64,000 bases of DNA from a candidate division FCPU426 bacterium (GCA_963840035.1 CAWIXE010000002.1:1568001-1632000), one strand, 5' to 3'. Shown: positions 38,569 through 48,619, counted from the stretch's first letter. Notes: a model not told the origin generated them from the sequence alone. Numbers and translations are program-made.

Positions 38569-38886
38569 TTACTTACACGGCACATCATATAAATCCCTTA
38601 AATACTTCACAGCCTTTACCCGTTCTTCTTTTGTGGCTTTTTCCATGTAGCATACCGCCACCGCTACCGTTCCTATGCCGTGGCATCCTTTGGTCCAGCA
38701 CACCACATTTTTGCTTGTCGTCGCGTGCGTCATGACTTTGTCAGACTCCTGCACATCAAGCAGATAGTACCTGGCGTCAACTTTGATATCCTTGCATAAT
38801 ACTATGTAAACGCCCGCCATATCGCGCATCTGCCTTGTAGAGCTGTATGGGCCTTCAAAATCGTAAGTTCCGAATTTTAATGACAT
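38569..38886 (-). CDS. Small hypothetical protein, degenerate GIY-YIG-like
   Basis: FEGPY...AGVYIVL...LLDVQES pattern. Confidence 0.5.
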   Translation of the reverse strand: MSLKFGTYDFEGPYSSTRQMRDMAGVYIVLCKDIKVDARYYLLDVQESDKVMTHATTSKNVVCWTKGCHGIGTVAVAVCYMEKATKEERVKAVKYLRDLYDVPCK

Positions 38887-38898
38887 TTTATCCCCCGC

Positions 38899-39312
38899 CT
38901 ATTTGATCTTTCCCCTTAAAAATACGGCCAGCCTGCTGTCCGTAACCTTCATGTGTTCAAAAAACACTTCAGCTACCTTATTGCTTTCCTCATATACTTC
39001 GGAGGCTTTTATCTTGCCTTCGTTAAAAAGACCCCTGACACGCGCCATATCAGTCATGATAGCGTCGTGTATTTTCTTGTGGTTTAAGTACTCCGGGTAC
39101 CTGTAAAGCGTCATGTATCCCTCTTCCGTCTTAAAGTGTTCCTCGGAATAGACCTCAAAGAACTTTATCGCTTCTATTATTTCTTCCTTTGACTTTTTCG
39201 CCTCCACAGCCTCGCCTATCTCATTTATCTTCCTGATCATCTTCCTGTGCTGTACATCTATCTCCCCTATGCCAACCGAGAGGTCCGGCGTCCATTCCAT
39301 ATGCATGTACAT
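38899..39312 (-). CDS. Bacteriohemerythrin
   Basis: W..DLSVG..EIDVQH, HFKTEE, H..IH, H...D iron ligands. Confidence 0.92.
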   Translation of the reverse strand: MYMHMEWTPDLSVGIGEIDVQHRKMIRKINEIGEAVEAKKSKEEIIEAIKFFEVYSEEHFKTEEGYMTLYRYPEYLNHKKIHDAIMTDMARVRGLFNEGKIKASEVYEESNKVAEVFFEHMKVTDSRLAVFLRGKIK

Positions 39313-39316
39313 ATCA

Positions 39317-39766
39317 TCACTCCTTGAATTTTCTTAAAAGCCTGTAGCCTGTAAAAGGCATGTCCGAACTGTTCAGCGACGACACAGTATAACCGCCCTT
39401 TCCGTCGCTTGAAAGGGTTATTTTCTGGTAGGTAATACCGGTGTCAAAAAGCACGCTGTAAAACACCTCAATATCACGGGAGCCGCCGTCAAAAAAATAG
39501 GCTTCCGGCTTGACACCCTGGAATTTTCCATATTTTTTAATAAGGGTCATCTGCTGCTTTTTCAGCAAACCCTCTTCCGTGTGCTTCCTGTAATTTTCAT
39601 TTGTCATGCGGTAACACGCGTCAAAATCCTGGATCCTGTAAAGGTACGCGAAGAAATTATCCGCTGTCTGCCTGGCTTTTTCCGGGTTGTGCATGAATAT
39701 CAGCCCGCAGCCCGCGATTAAAAAACACAACAGCGCTATGATGCCCGTAGTTATTGTCCGTACCAT
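39317..39766 (-). CDS. Hypothetical lipoprotein
   Basis: Lipobox IAGC; overlaps the Kelch gene. Confidence 0.65.
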   Translation of the reverse strand: MVRTITTGIIALLCFLIAGCGLIFMHNPEKARQTADNFFAYLYRIQDFDACYRMTNENYRKHTEEGLLKKQQMTLIKKYGKFQGVKPEAYFFDGGSRDIEVFYSVLFDTGITYQKITLSSDGKGGYTVSSLNSSDMPFTGYRLLRKFKE

Positions 39767-40755
39767 ATGTCCCTCTTTATCTTTCTTTCATCCCTGCCGC
39801 AGATGAACCATATTTTTTCCTGAAACGCCACGGCGGCGTGCCCGTACCTCGGCCCAAACTCCGCCTTTGCCGTGGTTGAAACCCAGTAATAACCGTTCAC
39901 GCTCCACCACATATCGGAAAAAGGCCTGCCCTTGTCGTCCATTCCGCCTGAGACCCACATCCTGTCCTTATAAACAAACGGCGTGAAATCATATCTGGGG
40001 GTTATGCCAGCGTTTACCGTGGCCGCGCTCCAGTCAACGCCGTTATCGGAATTCCATACGTCAGTCCTTAATTTTCCGTCCTTATCCTTGCCGAAGAAGA
40101 CCCACATTTTATTCTTGTAATAAAGCGCCCCATGTCCGCTGCGCGGCGTCCATCCTTTATCATTATCTTCCTTTAACTTTTTCCATGCCTTTCCATCCTT
40201 TGAAGACCAAACGTCATTATGAGGTTCCTTCATATCACTGCCGCCCGTGGCAACAATAGCCGCATTTCCCACAAAAATTCCCGCGCCCGACCTGCCGCCG
40301 TAAGGAAGCGCCGCAGCTGCGGTCCAGCTTACAGCGTCGGCGGAATACCATACGTCGTCAAGGTAGCCAACAGTTTTATCAAATTCACCAATACCGCCAA
40401 AAATCCAGAGCTTTTTATCATATTCAAAGACGGAATGATTTGACCTGGCTTTAAACGGCATTACCGCCTTTACATTTTTCCAGCGCTCGCAGTCATCGGT
40501 ATACCAGACGTCGTTTGCCGTCCCTGAAACGGTCATGCCGCCGATGACATATATCCTGTTATTAAACGCCGCAGCGCCGATATCATACCGGGGTGAAAAA
40601 TCACAGTACCTCTCGCCCTGTGTAAACACGGACATCTCAGGAGCCGGAGTAGGAACAGTACCGACATAACTGTTAGCCTGTGTGGGGTTATTAAGCTTAG
40701 AACACCCGCAAGCCACAAGGCAGAGTAAGGCTATTATGTATATGGTTTTTTTCAT
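39751..40755 (-). CDS. Kelch-repeat beta-propeller lipoprotein
   Basis: Lipobox LVAC; repeated R..H...vf.nkiwv.GG...DVW.S.DG..W. Confidence 0.85.
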   Translation of the reverse strand: MKKTIYIIALLCLVACGCSKLNNPTQANSYVGTVPTPAPEMSVFTQGERYCDFSPRYDIGAAAFNNRIYVIGGMTVSGTANDVWYTDDCERWKNVKAVMPFKARSNHSVFEYDKKLWIFGGIGEFDKTVGYLDDVWYSADAVSWTAAAALPYGGRSGAGIFVGNAAIVATGGSDMKEPHNDVWSSKDGKAWKKLKEDNDKGWTPRSGHGALYYKNKMWVFFGKDKDGKLRTDVWNSDNGVDWSAATVNAGITPRYDFTPFVYKDRMWVSGGMDDKGRPFSDMWWSVNGYYWVSTTAKAEFGPRYGHAAVAFQEKIWFICGRDERKIKRDIWYGQ

Positions 40756-40817
40756 AGTGATGTATTATATAACAATTAACTACAATTGGCAATTGTCGAT
40801 TGCACCTTAGGGTTTTA

Positions 40818-41121
40818 GTAGAGAGGGGGCTTGCCCCCTCTCGCCTTTCAACGTAGAGAGCCAGCAAGCCGACTCTCTACAAAAACCAGCACCGGAACAT
40901 ACAGGTTAACTCAGTTTTAGTAGTCGCAGGCCTGCGTTTTACCGGCCTGCGCCTAAAGACGGCATTCATCGTAACAAACCTTCGACAGTTCGCTCGAGGG
41001 TGCGTCAATGGTATGCTTGCAGGCAATCCTTATATAGGCGCACCCCGGTGGGGCGAAGGGGTGCGACTACGAAAGACCAATCAACCGCCAACCTCTGAGC
41101 CGCAGCAAGCAGCGGCTCTAC
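40818..41121. repeat. Cluster of GTAG-type REP hairpins / REPIN
   Basis: GTAGAGAGGGGGC..GCCCCCTCTC, GTAGAGAG..CTCTCTAC, GTAGTCGCAGGCC..GGCCTGCG, CGCACCCC..GGGGTGCGACTAC. Confidence 0.8.
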
Positions 41122-41162
41122 GAAAGGTTAAGAGCAGGATTTTTTTGGGATATGTGATTGCC

Positions 41163-42875
41163 TTAAACCTTTTCGAACTCAAACCCCTTCTCTTTCAGCA
41201 ATTCCTGGCATATGTCCACCACTTCCGCGTCAAACTGTTTCCCCCTTTTGCCCACAACCTCTTCCAGCGCCTTGTCTATGCCAAAGGCGGCCCTGTATGG
41301 CCTGGCGAATGTTATGGCTTCCACTACGTCAGCCACCGCCAGAATCCGCGACTCAAGATATATTCTGTCTTCTTTTAACGCGTACGGGTATCCTGAGCCG
41401 TCGAGCCTTTCATGGTGCTGGAGTATGATGTCGGCAATCGGCCAAGGGAAATCTATGGTCTTTAAGACCTCATACCCCGCTTCGGGGTGTTTCTTTATGA
41501 TATCGTATTCTTCAGCCGTGAGCGGGCCAAGTTTATTCAGGATGGAGCCTGAGACAAATATCTTGCCTATGTCGTGTATCAACGCCGATATATAGATGCA
41601 GTTTACCTGCTCGGGCGGCAGCCCCATTTCCTGCGCTATGGCCTTTGCCAGCTGGGCTGTCCTGTGCTGGTGTCCCACGGTATAAAGATCCTTCTTTTCC
41701 ACAAGTTTTTCCATGGCGTTTATGATGCCATCCATGACTTTCTTAACCACCGCATTGCTCTTCCTGGCTTCTTCCTCGATTTTTTTCCTCTCCGTTATGT
41801 CGCGCACGGTTACTATGGCGCCCTTTATTTCGCCGGAAGCCCCGCGTAACACCCTGGCGCTCGCCTCCCCTGTCATCTTTTCCCCGCTGTACCTTAAAAG
41901 GCTGAATTCCTGCCCATGCATGACGCCTTCGGTAAAAACGCGGTTGAATAATTGTGTTGTTTTTTCCCTGTCAGCGGGCGTGATAAGGTCAAAAACCGAC
42001 CTTCCCACGAACAGATCCAGGCTCGGCGCCCCGTTCATTTCAAGGGCTCTGTCAGAGGCGTATATTATCCTGCCTGATGTATCCATGACAAAAACCGCGT
42101 CCGGAGAAACATCAATCAGGCTGCGGTACATTTCTTCCGATTCCTTCAGCTCATTTTCGGCTTTTTTGCGCCGTGTTATGTCCCGCGCAATCGAAACCGC
42201 AACGGTCATCCCGTCAAGTCCGATGCTGTGGGAACTTATCTCACAAAGCAGTTTGTCTCCATTTGACCTTATCAGGCACGATTCATAAACGGCGTGCTTT
42301 TCTTTCCGGAGTTTTTCCTGCGCTTTTATGTCAATATCCCTGCATTCAGGGGATTCAATATCCGAAAGCCGGAATGAAAGCAATTCATCCTTGGAGTATC
42401 CCATCATAGAACATGCCAGGTTATTGACCTCGATGAATTTTCCCGGTACGCCGTCGCCCATGGAGTGGATAAAAATGGCGTCATTCGCGTTGTCAAAGAG
42501 TATCCTGTACTTATCCTCCGTGATTTTCAGCGCGGACTCGGTGAACTTTGATTTTGTTAGGTCCCGTACAGCGTACATGACGGCCGAAGGTTTTCCCGAC
42601 GGTGTTTTTATTATGGTCGCGCTTATATCCCCGTAGAACCTCGCTCCGCCGAGCTTAAGGAATTTATACTCTACATTATTCACAAAGCCTTCAGATACGG
42701 CCCTTTTGAAATAGCCGAGGGCTTTTTCCCTGTCCTCGGGCGCGATGAATTCTATCAGGTTCCTTCCGGTAAAATCGCGCTGGCTCTCCCCGCCGTGCAT
42801 TTCCACAGTGTGTTCGGAGACATAGGTAATATTTGCGTCAAGGTCGGTTATGGTTATGGCTTCTTTAGAGGCCAT
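41163..42875 (-). CDS. Triple-PAS HD-GYP c-di-GMP phosphodiesterase (5' end possibly frameshifted)
   Basis: Three PAS/PAC units, HDIGK, HHERLDGSGYP. Confidence 0.92.
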   Translation of the reverse strand: MASKEAITITDLDANITYVSEHTVEMHGGESQRDFTGRNLIEFIAPEDREKALGYFKRAVSEGFVNNVEYKFLKLGGARFYGDISATIIKTPSGKPSAVMYAVRDLTKSKFTESALKITEDKYRILFDNANDAIFIHSMGDGVPGKFIEVNNLACSMMGYSKDELLSFRLSDIESPECRDIDIKAQEKLRKEKHAVYESCLIRSNGDKLLCEISSHSIGLDGMTVAVSIARDITRRKKAENELKESEEMYRSLIDVSPDAVFVMDTSGRIIYASDRALEMNGAPSLDLFVGRSVFDLITPADREKTTQLFNRVFTEGVMHGQEFSLLRYSGEKMTGEASARVLRGASGEIKGAIVTVRDITERKKIEEEARKSNAVVKKVMDGIINAMEKLVEKKDLYTVGHQHRTAQLAKAIAQEMGLPPEQVNCIYISALIHDIGKIFVSGSILNKLGPLTAEEYDIIKKHPEAGYEVLKTIDFPWPIADIILQHHERLDGSGYPYALKEDRIYLESRILAVADVVEAITFARPYRAAFGIDKALEEVVGKRGKQFDAEVVDICQELLKEKGFEFEKV

Positions 42876-43055
42876 GGTGAGTTTTTTATAAATTTCCTCT
42901 GATTTTTTAAGGCCTATAAGCGCGGCTTTAAGCTTTTTCCCGCCGGGGACAGCAGCCTTTTACGGGCCGGCGCTTTAGCAACCTTCTCTGTTTTTTTCTT
43001 TCTTTTTAAAGGCTTCAAAAAAACCTCCGGATACGACTCTGAATTTTAAGTTTTT

Positions 43056-43117
43056 GTAGGGGCGATTCATGAATCGCCCGCCTTCCGACGTTTGGGCAAT
43101 TCGTGAATTGCCCCTAC
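43056..43117. repeat. Inverted GTAG-type REP pair
   Basis: GTAGGGGCGATTCATGAATCGCCC ... GGGCAATTCGTGAATTGCCCCTAC. Confidence 0.85.
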
Positions 43118-43159
43118 AAGTACCGGGCACAATAGCTTTCAACTAAAACCATGTTACAT

Positions 43160-44089
43160 CTATCCAATTGTAACATTATTCCTTCCATTATCCTTGCTCA
43201 TGTACATAAGTTTATCCGCCCGCTTTACGAGCTCATCTGCGTCATCTTCCCTTTTGGCCATTGTGGCGCCTATGGAAATGGTCACGTTTAAATTTTCATT
43301 TTCCACTGTCAGATCCGACTTCTCCACCAGGTTCCTCAGTTTTTCGGCTATTGCATAAAGCGACTTGTTGTCCACGGATGAAACAAGGGCCACAAACTCC
43401 TCGCCGCCCCATCTTCCTATAAAATCTTCCTCACGTATATTTGACATGATAGTCTTTGCCACCATTTTCAGGACCTTGTCACCGATGTCATGTCCGTGCT
43501 TGTCGTTAAAATCCTTAAAATGGTCCACATCCACAAACAGTACGCCAAAAGGCTCGACCCAGGCGTACCTGCTCATCTCAGCCAGTTTTCCGCCCAGCTT
43601 TATTTCGGTATAACGCCTGTTGCCTACGCCGGTTAAAGCGTCGATAAATGCCAGCTGCTCAAGCTTTTCTATCTTCTGGAAGGCTGAAAGCCTGGATGAA
43701 TTGTCGCTGAATATTTCCACAGCGCCTATTATTTTTCCCGTGTCATCCTTAATTGGGGATATCCTGGTCACAACAGGAAGCCTGTAGCCGTCCTTGTGCT
43801 TTAAGTATACTTCCTCTTCCACAAGTTTTTGTTCCTTCATGGCCCTCATGGCGGGACAGTTCTCGGACTTACAGAGGTTTTCGCCTTTTGAATTGGTGTG
43901 GGTGAGGATATTTGCCCAGCAGTGGCTTCCTATGATCTCTTCCTTTTTATACCCGGTGAGTTTTTCGGCGGCTGTGTTCCAGTATGTGATCTTGCGCGTC
44001 CAGTCGCAAAAGTAAACGCCTTCATACAGGTTGTCCAGTATGTTTTTGTAAAAATCCTTTTCGTATTTATTGGTTTCGTCTTCGGGCAC
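43160..44089 (-). CDS. PAS-GGDEF diguanylate cyclase
   Basis: PAS, DALTGVGNR, REED I-site, RWGGEEF. Confidence 0.93.
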   Translation of the reverse strand: MPEDETNKYEKDFYKNILDNLYEGVYFCDWTRKITYWNTAAEKLTGYKKEEIIGSHCWANILTHTNSKGENLCKSENCPAMRAMKEQKLVEEEVYLKHKDGYRLPVVTRISPIKDDTGKIIGAVEIFSDNSSRLSAFQKIEKLEQLAFIDALTGVGNRRYTEIKLGGKLAEMSRYAWVEPFGVLFVDVDHFKDFNDKHGHDIGDKVLKMVAKTIMSNIREEDFIGRWGGEEFVALVSSVDNKSLYAIAEKLRNLVEKSDLTVENENLNVTISIGATMAKREDDADELVKRADKLMYMSKDNGRNNVTIG

Positions 44090-44195
44090 CGGCGCGACCT
44101 TCCTTGTCTGTTTTATTTATTATACCTTAATAAACACATCAGTCAAGGAGGTTAAAAAACATGACAGGATAGGAAGCATATGGCAGAGGCAGGGC

Positions 44196-44233
44196 GGGCG
44201 ATTCATACGAAGTCCCGTGGAAATCGCCCCTAC
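44196..44233. repeat. GTAG-type REP, near-identical to 19183-19220
   Basis: GGGCGATTCATACGAAGTCCCGTGGAAATCGCCCCTAC. Confidence 0.85.
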
Positions 44234-44258
44234 AAACACCGTAGTGAATTCAACAACG

Positions 44259-45074
44259 TTAAAACAGCGGCCCGCCGGAAACCGCGTCATTGCATTTTAC
44301 GCAGGCAGGGTCCCCGCAGTGTGTTGTGTCTGGCCTTGTAATAATAATATTGGAAGTAAGCGTCAGGAATTTACGGGCCGGAAATATGCGCCAGAGACTG
44401 CGTCCCACAACCGCATTTTTCTCCACCTTCCAGTAAAAAGCATCAAACCTTTCAAAACCCCTGTTGTAATTGAATATTTCAACCATCAGGGGTTTTCCGC
44501 TTATGTCCCTGGCCCACCTCACAAAAAGATTCCTGCCGGCCAACTGCTCCGCGTAACCCATGGCAGCCATTTTATCAAGGCCCGTGCCCATCAAAAGCAG
44601 GTATCCGTCAAACTGTATGAGGTTTTTTATAGGCGCGAATGTATCCATGGACTGCTGGGTCATTATAAGGTCCCCGGCGAACGGGCCTATGCCGGCGAAG
44701 GAACACAACTGGTGCTTTCCCCTAACCCGGCCTTCCCTGCTTAATACTTCCCGGGAAATCGCGCCGGCGTCATCATCCACGTCATTTTCCAAAGGGTCAA
44801 AAACCGCGTTAGCGGCTTCAGGATTTATAAAAATTTTCGAATAATCAAGGCCGTTATTTTTAGGCCTGAATTTTTCAGGAGGGGTAACCATGTATTTAAA
44901 TGAAAATGCCGGCGTTATGATGGTGCATCCGGCTTCCAAAAAGGCGTCAACAACGGTTTTAGCCCCGCCATCCACGGTGCCAAACGACTTTAATGAGGCG
45001 TGCATGCATACACATTTCTTGCTGAGGCCTGCCATATCAATGGCGGCTATTATCTGATTTTTTGTTACATCCAT
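44259..45074 (-). CDS. AAC(3)/Antibiotic_NAT-family protein, paralog lacking the catalytic His
   Basis: MHASLKSFG, PAFS, GAISR; AAMGYAE in place of TxxHxxE. Confidence 0.85.
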   Translation of the reverse strand: MDVTKNQIIAAIDMAGLSKKCVCMHASLKSFGTVDGGAKTVVDAFLEAGCTIITPAFSFKYMVTPPEKFRPKNNGLDYSKIFINPEAANAVFDPLENDVDDDAGAISREVLSREGRVRGKHQLCSFAGIGPFAGDLIMTQQSMDTFAPIKNLIQFDGYLLLMGTGLDKMAAMGYAEQLAGRNLFVRWARDISGKPLMVEIFNYNRGFERFDAFYWKVEKNAVVGRSLWRIFPARKFLTLTSNIIITRPDTTHCGDPACVKCNDAVSGGPLF

Positions 45075-45140
45075 ATATACCCCCTTACTGCGACATACAT
45101 AGTATATACGTGGTTTTTGTTAAAAGCAAGTTGGGGGAAT

Positions 45141-45895
45141 TAATCACAAGTCCCAAGTCACAATCCCAAATCACAATTCCCAAATCACAATTCCCAAAAC
45201 AAGACAATATATTATCAGTCAAAATCCTAATTAGGATTTGGGACTTGGGACTTGGGCTTTGGGACTTGGGCTTTGGGACTTGGGCTTTGGGACTTGGGCT
45301 TTGGGACTTGGGCTTTGGGACTTGGGCTTTGGGACTTGGGCTTTGGGACTTGGGCTTTGGGACTTGGGCTTTGGGACTTGGGCTTTGGGACTTGGGCTTT
45401 GGGACTTGGGCTTTGGGACTTGGGCTTTGGGACTTGGGCTTTGGGACTTGGGCTTTGGGACTTGGGCTTTGGGACTTGGGCTTTGGGACTTGGGCTTTGG
45501 GACTTGGGCTTTGGGACTTGGGCTTTGGGACTTGGGCTTTGGGACTTGGGCTTTGGGACTTGGGCTTTGGGACTTGGGCTTTGGGACTTGGGCTTTGGGA
45601 CTTGGGCTTTGGGACTTGGGCTTTGGGACTTGGGCTTTGGGACTTGGGCTTTGGGACTTGGGCTTTGGGACTTGGGCTTTGGGACTTGGGCTTTGGGACT
45701 TGGGCTTTGGGACTTGGGCTTTGGGACTTGGGCTTTGGGACTTGGGCTTTGGGACTTGGGCTTTGGGACTTGGGCTTTGGGACTTGGGCTTTGGGACTTG
45801 GGCTTTGGGACTTGGGCTTTGGGACTTGGGCTTTGGGACTTGGGCTTTGGGACTTGGGCTTTGGGACTTGGGCTTTGGGACTTGGGACTTGTGAC
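45141..45895. repeat. Heptamer array with 45 perfect tandem copies of GGGACTTGGGCTTT (45247-45876) plus a short inverted arm (45141-45197)
   Basis: 630 bp of exact 14-mer repeat; upstream arm CACAAGT CCCAAGT CACAAT CCCAAAT is its imperfect reverse complement. Confidence 0.97.
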
Positions 45896-46713
45896 TAAAG
45901 CAGTACCGGCCCGCCCGCCACCGCGTCATTACAGCGCAGGCACTTTACGTCGGCGCAATGCGTTATTTCTGGTTTTAGCTGTATCACCCTTGCCGCCTGT
46001 TTTAAAACTTTATTCACGGGAAAAGCCCGCCAGACGCTCTCGCCGCACTGTTCTTTTTTATCAAGGTGGTTTATGTACGGGTCCAGATTCACAAATCCGG
46101 CCGAATCGCCTCCAACCTCTGCCGTAATTATTTTACCCGTTGAGTCCATTGCCCAGCGGACAAACATGTTCCTTCCGGCCATCTGTTCCGCAAGGTGCAG
46201 TGCCGTCATTTTATCAACACCTACGCCCATGAGCAGCACATGCCCCTGAAACAAAGCGAGTTCCCGCAAAGGCGCGTATACATCCATTGGCGACTGGGAT
46301 TTTATGAGTTCATGCGCGTATGGGCCGATGGCTGTGAAAGAGCAAAGCGGGTGATTACCCCGGACGCTGTTATTTTCCGCGAGCACGGCCAGTGGCAGCG
46401 CCCCCATGTCGTCGTCTATTTCCTTTGAACCCGCCGTGAAAACCGCGTCACCCGCGTTTTTTATCCATGATAAATCCGCGTAATCAACACCATTCCTCTT
46501 AAACCTCATGCCCTCCGGCGAAAACACGGCGTATGAAAATGAAAACGTCGGCACCATTACAGTGCACCCCGAATCAAGGAACGCTTTTATGACGGTATCA
46601 GCCCCGCCTTTTATCCCGCCAAAGGAACGCAGCGAGGAATGGATGCAAACCGATTTTTTAACAAGCCCGGCTTTTTTAATGGTTTCTGATATGTCTTTGA
46701 CGCTGACTGTCAT
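45895..46713 (-). CDS. AAC(3)/Antibiotic_NAT-family N-acetyltransferase
   Basis: IHSSLRSFG, MVPTFS, HPLCSF.AIG, TALHLAE. Confidence 0.9.
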   Translation of the reverse strand: MTVSVKDISETIKKAGLVKKSVCIHSSLRSFGGIKGGADTVIKAFLDSGCTVMVPTFSFSYAVFSPEGMRFKRNGVDYADLSWIKNAGDAVFTAGSKEIDDDMGALPLAVLAENNSVRGNHPLCSFTAIGPYAHELIKSQSPMDVYAPLRELALFQGHVLLMGVGVDKMTALHLAEQMAGRNMFVRWAMDSTGKIITAEVGGDSAGFVNLDPYINHLDKKEQCGESVWRAFPVNKVLKQAARVIQLKPEITHCADVKCLRCNDAVAGGPVLL

Positions 46714-47405
46714 TGTTTCATTTTCTCCTTAACGCGGATCCTGGCGCGTATCTTCTCATTTAGAAGCTCCCTTATAGCGTCAGCCGCAATCCAGCGCGCG
46801 GACTTTGAATTGATGCGGGCTATTTCTCGCGCCGTCTTGAGCGCCTTCGCGTTTAACTTCATGGACTTTTTGCCTATGTTTCGCAGCGCCCAGTTAACGG
46901 CTTTCCTGACAAAGTTCCTTTCATCCACCGAGTATTTCTTTATTACCGGAAGGAACTTTTCAATTTCCGCGTCTGTCCTTCCCTTGCCAAACCAGCCTAT
47001 CATTGCCATAAGCGTAAAACCCGCGCGCCTGACAAATTCTTCCTTCCTTTTCGCCCACTCAAAGGCTTTTTTATAGGCGAACGGAGTATCGGATATCAGG
47101 TTATCACATACCTGGTCGCAGACATCCCACGAATCAAACCCGGATACCCAGCGCTCAAGCTGCGCGTCCGTTATCTTATCCTTTTCATCCACCATGGACG
47201 CGAGTATTCTCGCTTCGTGTATCCCTGAATCCCATAACCGCGCGGCAAGGCTGTGGTTGGGGGTCAGGCTTTTTGCCATGCCCCGGAGCGCCGGTATGGA
47301 AACGCCGATAGCCCGGTCTGCGCGTATGCCAAAACGCTTCATGGCTGAAACGTGTTTTTTGTCGGATTTGGATTTGAGCGCTTTCATCAGGGAGGAAAAA
47401 GTCAC
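46710..47405 (-). CDS. DNA alkylation repair protein (AlkD-like HEAT repeat); start uncertain
   Basis: LWDSGIHEARILA, FDSWDVCD, EFVRRAGF, DERNFVRKAVNWALRNIGK. Confidence 0.88.
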   Translation of the reverse strand: MTFSSLMKALKSKSDKKHVSAMKRFGIRADRAIGVSIPALRGMAKSLTPNHSLAARLWDSGIHEARILASMVDEKDKITDAQLERWVSGFDSWDVCDQVCDNLISDTPFAYKKAFEWAKRKEEFVRRAGFTLMAMIGWFGKGRTDAEIEKFLPVIKKYSVDERNFVRKAVNWALRNIGKKSMKLNAKALKTAREIARINSKSARWIAADAIRELLNEKIRARIRVKEKMKQ

Positions 47406-47437
47406 AGCCGCCTGCTTTCGTTTTTCATTTGAGGAAT

Positions 47438-48610
47438 TTATTGGGGCAACAGGATGCAGAAAACAGAGCCTTTGTTCTCGCCTTCGGATGAGGCCCACAT
47501 CACACCGCCATGCGCGTTGATGATGTTTTTCGCTATAAGCAGCCCCAACCCTATGATTTTCTGGGGCGGAGGTACGCTTATTTCAGAACTAAAGAATGGA
47601 TTAAATATGGACTTTATGACATCCGGCGATATTCCCATGCCGGTGTCTTTTATTGAAATCAGCGCGTATTTCCCGCCTGCAGGGCTGGCGGAAACCGCGT
47701 ATGCCGGGGCTCCGGCAGGAGCTTCCGCGCGGTTCTCAACCGAGACAAATATATCGGACTTTTCCCCGGAAAACTTTACCGCGTTAATCAGCAGGTTTGT
47801 TACCGCCTGTGATAACCTGTAAAAATCAGCCTGAGCGAAGACGTTGGCGCCTTCCGGCGCATAATTAATCCGGACCTGTTTTTCATCCGCAAAAGCCGCT
47901 GTGTCGGCTATGTCCCTTGTCATCAGCCTGGTTATGTCACAGTCTTTTTTCTTCACCAGAAAGTTTCCGGCTTCAATCTCTGATACGTTTATAAGGTCGT
48001 CAAGAAGCGTAAAAAGCTTTTGTGTGTTATTTTTAATTATTTCAGAATATTTCATGTCGCCTTTAAAGCCGCTTTGCGCACGGCTTTTGTCTATGAACGA
48101 AAGGGCGCTTTTGATTGATGACGCCGGTATTAAAAGCTCGTGAAATACCATGAGTATAAAGTTATACTTGATCCTGTCCTGCATCTCCAGTTTTTCTTTC
48201 TTGTCCTCTATCTCAAACTTAAGCCTGTTCCTCTCTATGCCGTAAAGCAGCGCCCTTTTTAAAAGGTCAGAATCTATGCGCCCCTTTACGAGGTAGTCCT
48301 GCGCGCCTTCCTTTAACGACTTCATGGCTGTCATTTCATCGTCCAAGCCGGTTAAAATGACTATGGGCACGTCAGGCGCCTTATCGCGCACCCTGTTTAA
48401 TGTGTATATCCCGTTTGAATCGCCCAGGCTTAAATCAAGGAGTATTACGTCGGGTTTGTCCTTTGTAATCGCGTTTAATCCGTTTAAAAGGGAATCCGCC
48501 ACATTAAGGTAGAACGGGGAATTCCTTACTTCCGAAAGTATTTCCCAGATAAGCCTGACATCCCCAGGATTATCCTCTATGAGAAGGACTTTAATATGCG
48601 ACTTTCCCAT
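47438..48610 (-). CDS. Hybrid receiver-histidine kinase
   Basis: REC (EDN, LLDL, GAQDYLVKG), HELLIP H-box, NLLINAVKF, DTGMGI. Confidence 0.88.
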   Translation of the reverse strand: MGKSHIKVLLIEDNPGDVRLIWEILSEVRNSPFYLNVADSLLNGLNAITKDKPDVILLDLSLGDSNGIYTLNRVRDKAPDVPIVILTGLDDEMTAMKSLKEGAQDYLVKGRIDSDLLKRALLYGIERNRLKFEIEDKKEKLEMQDRIKYNFILMVFHELLIPASSIKSALSFIDKSRAQSGFKGDMKYSEIIKNNTQKLFTLLDDLINVSEIEAGNFLVKKKDCDITRLMTRDIADTAAFADEKQVRINYAPEGANVFAQADFYRLSQAVTNLLINAVKFSGEKSDIFVSVENRAEAPAGAPAYAVSASPAGGKYALISIKDTGMGISPDVIKSIFNPFFSSEISVPPPQKIIGLGLLIAKNIINAHGGVMWASSEGENKGSVFCILLPQ

Positions 48611-48619
48611 GTCCCCGCC

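Noticed and set aside
45247..45876. Possible CRISPR array
   Set aside because: Contiguous 14-mers with no spacers, and no cas genes in the window.
45062..46127. Four long ORFs over the 14-mer tract (WDLGFGTWALGLGL / KSQSPSPKAQVPKP repeats)
   Set aside because: The repeat unit has no stop codon in any frame, so these ORFs are artefacts of the repeat.
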